NCBI GenBank assembly: GCA_902803135.1
Contig: CADCPA010000304.1
Location: forward strand, 1 to 39,273
Direction of reading: 5' to 3'
From: an uncultured bacterium
GTDB lineage: Bacteria > Verrucomicrobiota > Kiritimatiellia > RFP12 > UBA1067
DNA length: 39,273 nucleotides
Shown: positions 16,154-23,905 of the stretch, piece by piece
Layout: each line of letters starts with the position of its first letter
Numbering within the stretch: the stretch's first letter is position 1
Program-made: the position numbers and the translations under genes
Notes under the pieces: generated by a model
The model's input: only the letters and a program-made list of their open reading frames with translations
The model's database searches: none
Told to the model about the DNA's origin: nothing

Positions 16154-17071
16154 TTAGAATTTGACCGTGATGCCGAGACCGCCCCAGGCGAAGTCCTTGT
16201 ACTTGCCGTAGGCCGGGCCGCTCGCGTAGTCGGCCGCATCGCGCATGTCGCCGTCAAGCGTCGTGCAGGACGCCACCTTCGCGAAGAAGCCGAAGTGGTC
16301 GGAGATCTGATAGTCGAAGTCGAGCTCGAGCACCATCGTCGCGAGGCAGGAGTTGATCTTCTCGCCCTCGGGCGTGTAGCCGAAGTTGGGGAAGCACCAG
16401 CCGTAGTTGCGGTTGCGCCACACGAACGTCGCGCTCGGCGTGATCGTGAGGTTCTTCAGGAAGTCCTGGCGGTCGGCGAACGCGAGCGTGCGCTTCACAC
16501 CGAACTGGAGGAGGTTTCCGTCGCTCTCGTGGTACTCGTGCACGACGTTGATGAACGGCGTCAGGTACGGGTTCTGGAGCTCGAAGTAGTGGTTCCAGTC
16601 CATCGTCGTGTGGATCGACCCCCACAGATGGTCATGGCGGCGGTGGGGATAGTAGTACCACACGAACGTCGTGCGGTAGGCAAGCGCCCACTTCTCGTCG
16701 TCGTCAAAGTAGAACTTGTAGTCGAAGTGGAGGTTGGGATCGTACTCGTTGAACGCCTTGCCGAGCGAACTGCGACGCTTGTCGGTGAGATCCGTGTTCG
16801 ACCAGCAGCCGATGCCGAGCGAGAGATTGTCGATGAGATTGACGTTGGCTTCGAGATAGCCCTGCATCGTCGGCTGCGAGTTCACGAGCGAACCGTAGAG
16901 CTGATAGCCGGAATAGATGCCGTAGTTGCCGAAGCCCCACACGATGGGGTCGTCGCTTTCTTCAATCTGGGGCACTTCCTTCTGGGGAGCGGGCGCTTCG
17001 GCCTTTTCGGCCTCCGCCGCAAACACAGTACCAGCCGCGAAGAACGCAGCAGCGATCATCAGCTTTTTCAT
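16154..17071 (-). CDS. Outer-membrane beta-barrel protein (putative porin, TorF-like)
   Basis: Sec signal peptide (VFA|A), aromatic-rich alternating strands, and a C-terminal BAM-type signal WGGLGITVKF. Confidence 0.75.
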   Translation of the reverse strand: MKKLMIAAAFFAAGTVFAAEAEKAEAPAPQKEVPQIEESDDPIVWGFGNYGIYSGYQLYGSLVNSQPTMQGYLEANVNLIDNLSLGIGCWSNTDLTDKRRSSLGKAFNEYDPNLHFDYKFYFDDDEKWALAYRTTFVWYYYPHRRHDHLWGSIHTTMDWNHYFELQNPYLTPFINVVHEYHESDGNLLQFGVKRTLAFADRQDFLKNLTITPSATFVWRNRNYGWCFPNFGYTPEGEKINSCLATMVLELDFDYQISDHFGFFAKVASCTTLDGDMRDAADYASGPAYGKYKDFAWGGLGITVKF

Positions 17072-17108
17072 GTTTTTCCTTTTTTGAAGTTAAAGTGAAA
17101 ACGCCAAT

Positions 17109-17137
17109 ATTCTATCATAACGTCCAAGAGGTTTCAA
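17109..17137 (-). promoter_or_regulatory. Sigma70-type promoter heading the porin-upp-sensor operon
   Basis: Minus strand TTGAAA-17 bp-TAGAAT with an extended -10 TG, ~37 bp upstream of the ATG. Confidence 0.7.
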
Positions 17138-17244
17138 GCCCCCAGATGGCGTCGATGCGGCGAGCCAGGGTGAGGGGGCGAGAAGGAGCAGGTCGCGGAG
17201 GAAGGCGGGGATCGGGCTGGAGGAAGACGTGCCGCCACTACCGC

Positions 17245-17532
17245 GATTTCATACGCTCCGAAATCTCATTCTCGTACTTCGCCCGTCACCCCCGCGAGCA
17301 TGTTGACGTCCTCCACCCGCTCCGGGTCCGTCAGCGCATCCAGCCGCTCCATGAGCGCAGTCGCACTCCCCCCACGCCTTTCACAACCTCCAGCCACACG
17401 GCCCTCGCCCGCACCACCGCCAGCTCCGGCACCGGCGACCTTGAAATGCCTGATTTCCGCTGCATGGCGGGATGATACCGCAGGGGAAGGCGGAAGGCAA
17501 ACTGAAAATGAGATTACGGTGAGTATGAAATC
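17245..17532. repeat. Segment bounded by 29-bp imperfect inverted repeats (25/29 identical), each internally dyad-symmetric
   Basis: 17245-17273 GATTTCATACGCTCCGAAATCTCATTCTC versus the reverse complement of 17504-17532, GATTTCATACTCACCGTAATCTCATTTTC. Confidence 0.8.
17472..17500 (-). promoter_or_regulatory. Sigma70-like promoter inside the IR-bounded segment
   Basis: Minus strand TTGCCT-17 bp-TATCAT; the ATG at 17465 lies 6 nt downstream, consistent with leaderless geometry. Confidence 0.5.
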
Positions 17533-17587
17533 TCATGGCGGAGCAGATGGCGTGGTAGTGCGTCGAAGGTGCCGGTGAATTGCGTAG

Positions 17588-17743
17588 ATGCGCCCCGTCG
17601 CCCAGACGGCGGCGGAACACAAGGTCGTCAGCCGCGCGTTCTCGCCGAAGAGCCACGTCACGGCGATGCTCTACTGCCAGGTCGCGAAGACCGAGTCGCT
17701 CAACTTCATCTGCGATGTCGCGCAGGTGAACGAGACGCTCTGA
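17588..17743 (+). pseudogene. IS4-family transposase N-terminal fragment (DUF4372-like)
   Basis: Manual translation MRPVAQTAAEHKVVSRAFSPKSHVTAMLYCQVAKTESLNFICDVAQVNETL* resembles the 'F(S/T)xxxHxxxMLYxQL...SLxxIC' pattern of IS4 transposase N-termini. No DDE domain follows. Confidence 0.55.
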
Positions 17744-17830
17744 ACGTCGATAATGGGACGACAGCGACCAAATTTCAGATGCCGCGTGGCCGGACGGCGA
17801 GGAACGGGCCGGAGGAGGACAGGCCGCAGA

Positions 17831-17926
17831 AATGTTGCCATTGTTGCCAGTATCCAATTCCAGTGGCCAATACCCAATTGAAATTGGCAACATTGGAATT
17901 GGCAACCCTTCCACACTGGCAACATT
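17831..17926. repeat. Palindromic repeat element built from TTGCCA/TGGCAA units (REP-like)
   Basis: Ends AATGTTGCCA and TGGCAACATT form a perfect 10-bp IR. Internal CCAATTCCAGTGGCCAAT pairs imperfectly with ATTGGCAACATTGGAATTGG. AT-rich relative to the window. Confidence 0.75.
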
Positions 17927-18174
17927 CATGCCCCAACGCAGGGCCGTCGGCGGCTGCGCAATGCGGCAACGACCGCCGCCGCAGTCAGCAGCACAGTCCC
18001 ACAGACAATCACCGTTATCCGTCTATTCATTTTGCTTCTTAGAGTGCCTCTCGGCATTACATCATCCATCCACACGGCCCCATCATGTCCCGTAAAGTCT
18101 ATCAGCTCCGACTGTCAAACATATACTGTAAAGGTTATATGGAAGGGGCTGACCCTACTACGATCATCGGACTC

Positions 18175-18203
18175 TTGACACGGCCACGGCAATCTGATAC
18201 AAT
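18175..18203 (+). promoter_or_regulatory. Near-consensus sigma70 promoter of the two-component operon
   Basis: TTGACA-17 bp-TACAAT with extended -10 TG, 28 bp before ATG 18232. Confidence 0.8.
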
Positions 18204-18231
18204 TTGTGCCAAATCGTTTCACTGGGACCAA

Positions 18232-19383
18232 ATGGCACATACCAAAAAATTCTTTAAGAAGGTCGCGGACCGCATCGAGAAGCTCGACGCGGAGGACCGC
18301 CGTCAGCAATTCGTGGCGCTGGCGGACGAAATCGGTTTCCTCGAATCGGTTTTCAACGCCCTTTCCGAAGGCATCCTCGTCATCGGCAGCGACGGCAAGA
18401 TCCTTTATTCGAACGCACGCGCGGAGCGCCTCGCGGCTTGTCCCTTCTCGCAGGAGCGCGGCAAGCAGATCCGCGACGTCGTGCCGGGCTGGGACTGGGA
18501 CCATCTGCTCAACCCCTCGACCGAGGGCGACGGGTGGAGCCGCACGGCCTCCTGCGAAATCGAACTGGCCTATCCCGAACATCGCATCCTCGAACTCGGC
18601 TCGCTGCCCAACAACGACGCGGTGGTCGTCATCATCCGCGACGTCACGCGCGAACACGCGCAGGCGGAGGACGCGCGCGAGAACGAGCGCACGAGCGCCC
18701 TTCAGGACCTCGCCGCGGGACTCGCCCATGAAATCGGCAACCCGCTCAACGCCCTCTCGCTCAACCTCCAGCTGATGGCGCGCGAATTCCGCCGCGAGGC
18801 CGACCCCGAACGCCGCGAGCGCCTGCTGGCCGACGTCGCCGCGGCGCAGAACGAGATCAAGCGGATTGCGGACATCAACCGCGGCTTTCTCGAGGCGATG
18901 CGCCCCGTGCGCCCGAATCTCATGCCCGGTTCGCTGGCGGATCCCCTGCGCGACACGCTCGCCACCCTCAAGCCGCAGATCGAGGACCGCCGCATCCGCG
19001 TGACGCTCGACCTGCCGCCCGCCCTGCCGCCGGTCGCCCTCGACCGCGCGCAGATGGAACAGGTCTTCTTCAACCTCGCCAAGAACGCCCTCGAGGCGAT
19101 GAAGGACGGCGGCGAGCTGGCGCTGGCCCTCGACGCGAACGACGACGACGTGACCGCCTCCTTCCGCGACACCGGCGGCGGCATGGCGCCCTCCGCCCTC
19201 GCGGCCCTCTTCGAGCCCTACCGCACCACGAAGCCAAAGGGAACCGGCCTCGGGCTCATGCTCTCCCGCCGCATCGTACGCGCCCACGGCGGCGAAATCG
19301 ACGTCGAATCGAAGGAAGGCGCCGGCACGAAGTTCACGGTCCACATCCCCCGCCTCGAAAAACGCGTGAGAAGACTGACATGA
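18232..19383 (+). CDS. Cytoplasmic PAS-domain sensor histidine kinase (NtrB-like)
   Basis: PAS-like 'ALSEGILVIGSDGKILYSN'; H box LAHEIGNPLN; N box QVFFNLAKNALEAM; G boxes DTGGGM and GTGLGL. Start moved to MAHTK, downstream of the promoter. Confidence 0.95.
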   Translation: MAHTKKFFKKVADRIEKLDAEDRRQQFVALADEIGFLESVFNALSEGILVIGSDGKILYSNARAERLAACPFSQERGKQIRDVVPGWDWDHLLNPSTEGDGWSRTASCEIELAYPEHRILELGSLPNNDAVVVIIRDVTREHAQAEDARENERTSALQDLAAGLAHEIGNPLNALSLNLQLMAREFRREADPERRERLLADVAAAQNEIKRIADINRGFLEAMRPVRPNLMPGSLADPLRDTLATLKPQIEDRRIRVTLDLPPALPPVALDRAQMEQVFFNLAKNALEAMKDGGELALALDANDDDVTASFRDTGGGMAPSALAALFEPYRTTKPKGTGLGLMLSRRIVRAHGGEIDVESKEGAGTKFTVHIPRLEKRVRRLT

Positions 19384-20741
19384 AACAACATATCCTCATT
19401 GTCGACGACGAGAAAGACACGCGCGACCTGATGGCGCGCGCGCTGGGCGCGGACTACCGGGTGACGACGGCGCCGGACGCCGAGCAGGCCATGAAGGCGC
19501 TCGACGCGGAGCCCGACATCGCCCTGATGCTCTCCGACGTGCGCATGCCCGGCGCCGACGGACTCCAGCTGCTGAAGGCCGCCAAGGCGAAGCACCCGCG
19601 TCTGCTCTGCATCCTCCTCACGGCGTTCGGCACGGTGGACCAGGCCGTCGCCGCCATGAAGGACGGCGCCGAGGATTTCATCATGAAGCCCGTGGACCTC
19701 GACCAGCTGGACCTGCGCGTCGCCAAGACCCTCAAGACCGGCGCCCTCGAAAACGAGGTCGACCTGCTGCGCCGCCAACTCGACGAAAAGTTCGGCCTTG
19801 AGAACATGATCGGCTCCTCCGTCGCGATGAAACGCGTCTTCGACAAGGTCCGCCGCGCCGCCCCCTCGTCCGCCACGGTTCTCCTCCAGGGCCCCAACGG
19901 CACGGGCAAGGATCTCGTCGCCCACGCCCTTCACAATCTTTCACCCCGCAGCAAAGGCCCCTTCATCGCCGTCAACTGCGGCGCCATTGCCGAGAATCTC
20001 ATCGAAAGCGAACTCTTCGGCCATGAGAAGGGATCGTTCTCCGGCGCGATCAGCCAGCACATCGGCGCCTTTGAGGCGGCCAACCACGGCACGATCTTCC
20101 TCGACGAAATCGGCGAACTGCCGATGCCGATGCAGGTCAAGCTGCTGCGCGTCCTGGAAAACCGCAGCTTCATGCGCGTGGGCGGCTCGAAGACGGTCGA
20201 CGTGGACATCCGCGTCGTGGCGGCGACCAACCGCGACTTGAAGGCGCTGGTCGAAAAGGGACTCTTCCGCGAAGACCTCTTCTACCGTCTGAACGTGGTG
20301 GACATCTATCTGCCCGCCTTGAAGGACCGCCGCGAAGACATTCCCCTGCTCGCCGCGAAGTTCATCCGCGAACTCTCGGAAAAGAACGGACGCGCCATCA
20401 ACGGCATCACTCCCGCCGCGATGAAGCTGCTCGAGGCCTACGACTGGCCCGGCAACGTGCGCGAACTGCGCAACACGATCGAGAAGATGGTCGTGCTCGC
20501 CGTCGCCGACACGACGCTCGACGTCGCCGACGTGCCCGAGGAACTTCAAGCCCCCGCCGCCGCATCGACGAAACTCTCCGCGGCCGTCACCCTGATGGAA
20601 AACGAAAAGGCCCAGATCCTCGCCGTGCTGCAGGAATGCAACGGCAACCGGTCCGAAGCCGCCCGCCGTCTGGGCATCGCCCGCCGCACGCTTTACCGGA
20701 AACTTGACGAATATAAAAACGAAGGAGTTGACGTTCCATGA
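19380..20741 (+). CDS. Sigma54-dependent response regulator (NtrC family)
   Basis: Receiver domain (ILIVDDE, SDVRMP, KP); Walker A GPNGTGKD; ESELFGHEKGSFSGA; Walker B FLDEIGE; WPGNVREL; Fis-type HTH. Confidence 0.96.
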   Translation: MKQHILIVDDEKDTRDLMARALGADYRVTTAPDAEQAMKALDAEPDIALMLSDVRMPGADGLQLLKAAKAKHPRLLCILLTAFGTVDQAVAAMKDGAEDFIMKPVDLDQLDLRVAKTLKTGALENEVDLLRRQLDEKFGLENMIGSSVAMKRVFDKVRRAAPSSATVLLQGPNGTGKDLVAHALHNLSPRSKGPFIAVNCGAIAENLIESELFGHEKGSFSGAISQHIGAFEAANHGTIFLDEIGELPMPMQVKLLRVLENRSFMRVGGSKTVDVDIRVVAATNRDLKALVEKGLFREDLFYRLNVVDIYLPALKDRREDIPLLAAKFIRELSEKNGRAINGITPAAMKLLEAYDWPGNVRELRNTIEKMVVLAVADTTLDVADVPEELQAPAAASTKLSAAVTLMENEKAQILAVLQECNGNRSEAARRLGIARRTLYRKLDEYKNEGVDVP

Positions 20742-21352
20742 ACCGCATCCGCCTGCCATTCGCCGCCATCCTCGCCGCCCTCGCCACGCTGGTTCTGCCG
20801 GTTCGCGCCGAGCCGGTCATCCAGAAGACCGTCTGTCCGGCCTGCCATGGCAAGAAGTCGCTCTCGCTGACCCCGCCGAACCTCGGCCAGTATGACGGCG
20901 AGATCGGCGTGACGCCGGGCCGCCCCTTCACGACGCACCGCTTCGACGTGAAGTACAAGACGTGCCCTCTCTGCGACGGCCTCGGTTTCCATGAGACCTA
21001 TCGTCTCACCGTGAAGCCGCCGGCGGACGCGGCCGACCTCGACCCCTGCCCCGACTGCCGCTGGGCCGGCGTGACCGCCTGCCGCAAGTGCAAGGGCTCG
21101 GGCTACCTGACCTGCGCCAAATGCCAGTCGGGCGGTGCCGGCAAGGACGGCAAACCGGGCTGGATCGTCACCCAGAAGTCGACGACGACCGGCATGCGTT
21201 CCGCGATGAAGCATTCGAAGATGCTCGTGACGCCCTGCGGCACCTGTTCGGGCATCGGACGCATCGTCTGCCCCGACTGCGCCGGCAGGGGCGGTGTTCT
21301 CTGCCGTAAATGCAAAGGGGACGGCGGCGTGCCGAAAAAGGAGAAGCGGTAA
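20738..21352 (+). CDS. Exported protein with eight DnaJ-type CxxC(xGxG) repeats
   Basis: Signal peptide ending VRA|E; CPAC, CPLC, CPDC, CRKC, CAKC, CGTC, CPDC, CRKC; overlaps both neighbouring genes. Confidence 0.85.
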   Translation: MNRIRLPFAAILAALATLVLPVRAEPVIQKTVCPACHGKKSLSLTPPNLGQYDGEIGVTPGRPFTTHRFDVKYKTCPLCDGLGFHETYRLTVKPPADAADLDPCPDCRWAGVTACRKCKGSGYLTCAKCQSGGAGKDGKPGWIVTQKSTTTGMRSAMKHSKMLVTPCGTCSGIGRIVCPDCAGRGGVLCRKCKGDGGVPKKEKR

Positions 21353-22467
21353 TGGCGGCAGCACCTGAAAACGGGAACGAGAACAAGTCGCCCGAGCCGG
21401 CCGAACCGACCGCAGTTCCCCATCGCCGCTACCGGTTCGCCAAGCGGCGCCGTACGACGCTGAAACCGACTATCGAGATTTCCGCGGCGCCAATCGACGT
21501 CGCGCATCCTGTCGACCCGAGTCCGGACGACGTCCAGCAGACGCGCGTGATGAAGAAGATCCGGCCCGTCTCCCTCGAGACGCCGCCGAATCTCCCCTTC
21601 CTCCGCTTCGACGCCATCGCCGGCCGCGGCGGCATGGCCGTCGTCTGGCGCGCCTGGCACAAGGAGCTCAAGCGCTATGTGGCGGTCAAGGTGCTCGACG
21701 AACGGTTTACCTCCTCCGCGCAGGACATCCGCCAGTTCATGTCGGAGGTCCGCACAATGACGGACCTCCACCACCAGGGCATCGTACAGGGCTACGGCGC
21801 GGACTGCGTGGACGGCCGCTACTATCTCATCATGGACTACGTCGACGGCTATACCTTCGGCTCCCTGATGAACCGCAAGTCACGCATCTCCGAAGCGGAC
21901 GGCATCATCATCTGCGAATCCGTCGCGGATGCGATGAAATACGCCTGGGATCTCTTCCAGACCGTCCACTGCGATCTGAAGCCCGAGAACATCATGGTCG
22001 ACCGCGACGGCACCGTCAAGGTCATGGACCTCGGCCTCTGCCAGTCCACCGCCGCCATCCGCAGCCAGGAAACCGCCGACGAAGTCATCGGCACGCCCGC
22101 CTACATCAGCCCCGAGCAGATCTACGGCGACCGCGAACTCGACTGCCGGGCGGACATCTACTGCCTCGGCGCGACCCTCTACCACCTGACGACGGGCCGC
22201 ATGCTGTTCCCCTATTCGGACAACGACGACATCCTGCGCGCCCACGTGGACCCGAAGATCCAGGCGCTGGACCCGCGCGTGAATGCGCCGGATCTCTCGC
22301 TCGGCTTCGTCCGCCTGATCGCGGGCATGCTCGTGAAAGATCCTGAATGGCGCTACCAGACCTGGGACGACGTCTACGACGACGCGAAGGACGTCGAGGA
22401 GGGACGGCCCATTCCGCCCCTTCCCCCCGAAGCCATCTCCTCCGTCCACGTCGACGAAGCCGAGTAG
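21352..22467 (+). CDS. Hanks-type Ser/Thr protein kinase (soluble)
   Basis: GRGGMAVVW, VAVK, HCDLKPEN, DLG, GTPAYISPEQ and DIYCLG; start at the TAATG overlap. Confidence 0.95.
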   Translation: MAAAPENGNENKSPEPAEPTAVPHRRYRFAKRRRTTLKPTIEISAAPIDVAHPVDPSPDDVQQTRVMKKIRPVSLETPPNLPFLRFDAIAGRGGMAVVWRAWHKELKRYVAVKVLDERFTSSAQDIRQFMSEVRTMTDLHHQGIVQGYGADCVDGRYYLIMDYVDGYTFGSLMNRKSRISEADGIIICESVADAMKYAWDLFQTVHCDLKPENIMVDRDGTVKVMDLGLCQSTAAIRSQETADEVIGTPAYISPEQIYGDRELDCRADIYCLGATLYHLTTGRMLFPYSDNDDILRAHVDPKIQALDPRVNAPDLSLGFVRLIAGMLVKDPEWRYQTWDDVYDDAKDVEEGRPIPPLPPEAISSVHVDEAE

Positions 22468-22472
22468 GCGGC

Positions 22473-22506
22473 CGGTGGCCGGCGCCCCTCTGGACGCCGA
22501 CCGCCG
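22473..22506. terminator. GC-rich hairpin between convergent genes
   Basis: CGGTGGCCGGCGCCC-CTCT-GGACGCCGACCGCCG imperfect stem; no U tract. Confidence 0.4.
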
Positions 22507-22521
22507 AAGATCGCCCGCCGT

Positions 22522-23853
22522 CTACGCCCGACGCGGCTTGAACGTGTGTTCGGCCTGCACCTTGCCCGTACGCAGATTGTGCACGACGACCTTGAGAAGC
22601 CCGTTCGCGACCCGGCCCTCGATGACGGTCGGGAAGTCGCCCGGGTTCTTGTCTCCGTCCGGAAGCGAGCAACCGCCGCCCGTGATCTGCGCCCAGGCGC
22701 GCGTCGCATCCGGCGCGTCGAAATGGTAGCGGTGCTGGTGCGCGGTGACGAGGAGCTGCACGCGATGCTTCTGCAGGAGCGGACTCCACAGCTCGCCGCA
22801 CTCGCGCGACCAGTGCGCGAAATCGTCCGGATCGATGACGACGCCGTCGTGCGGATAGGGCCCGTAGGATTTGTCGCAGTAGATCGGAATGTGGCAGAAC
22901 GCGACGACAAACGGCGCCTGCGCAATCTCCGGCCGCGCGAACTGGCGCTCGAACCAGCCGACCTGCGCCTTGCGCGCAGGCGAGAAATTCGCGACGCCCG
23001 CCCATTTCGGATGGGCGTCGGGCTTGTCTTCGCCGGTGTCGAGGCCGATCAGCGCGAGATCGCCCACACGCACCGCAAAGTTGCGCGTCAAGGGCCAGTC
23101 TTCCGGCGCCCGCTCGGTCGGCAGACGATCGAACACGACCTCGCCGAGGCGGGACATGAAACGTCCGCGGAAATCATGGTTGCCGTCATTGAAGAGAACG
23201 GGCATCTCCGCACTCCACGCCGGCGTGGACACCGGCGGCGTGACAAACGCGTCGAGCGCCGTCGCCTTCGTCTCCGTCGTGTTCGTCGCGTCCCCGTTCC
23301 AGAGGACGACGGACGGCTTCAGCTCATGGAGCTTCTTCACCACCCTCTCGAAAACGGGCCAGCGCATGTGCGTGTCGTTCATCACGGCGAAATGCGACGC
23401 GGCCGCGACGCCCAGCGTCGTGAAGGAATGGATCTTGCCGAAGACCGGCTTGCCCACCTTGAGGTCGTAGGCGTTCTTGTACTTGAGATAGGGCGTCGTA
23501 CGCGTGCGGTACCAGTAGCGCGTCGCGGGCTTGAGCCCGGTGAGGCGCACCTGCAGCGCCTCCTCGTCGAGCTGCGCGAGCCCCAGCCCCGTGCCGCTGC
23601 GGTACAGGACGGGATTCTTGAAATCCGCCGTCTCGGAAACCTCGACCTCGCCGTGCGCGAGCCTGTTCACGCGCCACACGACGCCCATCGTCGTCTCGCC
23701 CGGCGCCTGCAGCACCGGCTCGGATGCCGTGAACGGCGCGTCCTTGGCCTCGGCGGCCACGCGTGCGGGCTTCGCGGCGTCTTCGGCCCCCGCCGCCGCC
23801 GCCGCCGCAAACAACGCCGAAGCGCCCAGAAATCCCCGTCGATTCACTTCCAT
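22522..23853 (-). CDS. Tat-exported purple-acid-phosphatase-like metallophosphoesterase (FN3 plus calcineurin-like domains)
   Basis: Tat motif NRRGFL; LTGLKPATRYWYR; metal ligands NDTH, NGD, GNHD, HIP and HQH. Confidence 0.9.
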   Translation of the reverse strand: MEVNRRGFLGASALFAAAAAAGAEDAAKPARVAAEAKDAPFTASEPVLQAPGETTMGVVWRVNRLAHGEVEVSETADFKNPVLYRSGTGLGLAQLDEEALQVRLTGLKPATRYWYRTRTTPYLKYKNAYDLKVGKPVFGKIHSFTTLGVAAASHFAVMNDTHMRWPVFERVVKKLHELKPSVVLWNGDATNTTETKATALDAFVTPPVSTPAWSAEMPVLFNDGNHDFRGRFMSRLGEVVFDRLPTERAPEDWPLTRNFAVRVGDLALIGLDTGEDKPDAHPKWAGVANFSPARKAQVGWFERQFARPEIAQAPFVVAFCHIPIYCDKSYGPYPHDGVVIDPDDFAHWSRECGELWSPLLQKHRVQLLVTAHQHRYHFDAPDATRAWAQITGGGCSLPDGDKNPGDFPTVIEGRVANGLLKVVVHNLRTGKVQAEHTFKPRRA

Positions 23854-23905
23854 TTCACACCCTCCTGTCAATTCGGTTGATTAATCGTGTTGAAACCAGT
23901 CTCCC

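Noticed and set aside
17072-17140. Purine or other riboswitch upstream of the salvage operon
   Set aside because: The predicted promoter leaves only ~30 nt of leader, and no aptamer consensus was seen.
17884-17905. Sigma54 -24/-12 promoter at the TGGCA motifs
   Set aside because: No TGGCAC-N5-TTGC spacing; the motifs belong to the palindromic repeat.
18085-18231. 49-aa N-terminal extension of the histidine kinase in the ORF track
   Set aside because: It spans the consensus promoter; ATG 18232 is the more plausible start.
23790-23808. (GCC)n repeat as a contingency locus
   Set aside because: It encodes the poly-Ala stretch of a Tat signal peptide, and a triplet unit would not shift the frame.
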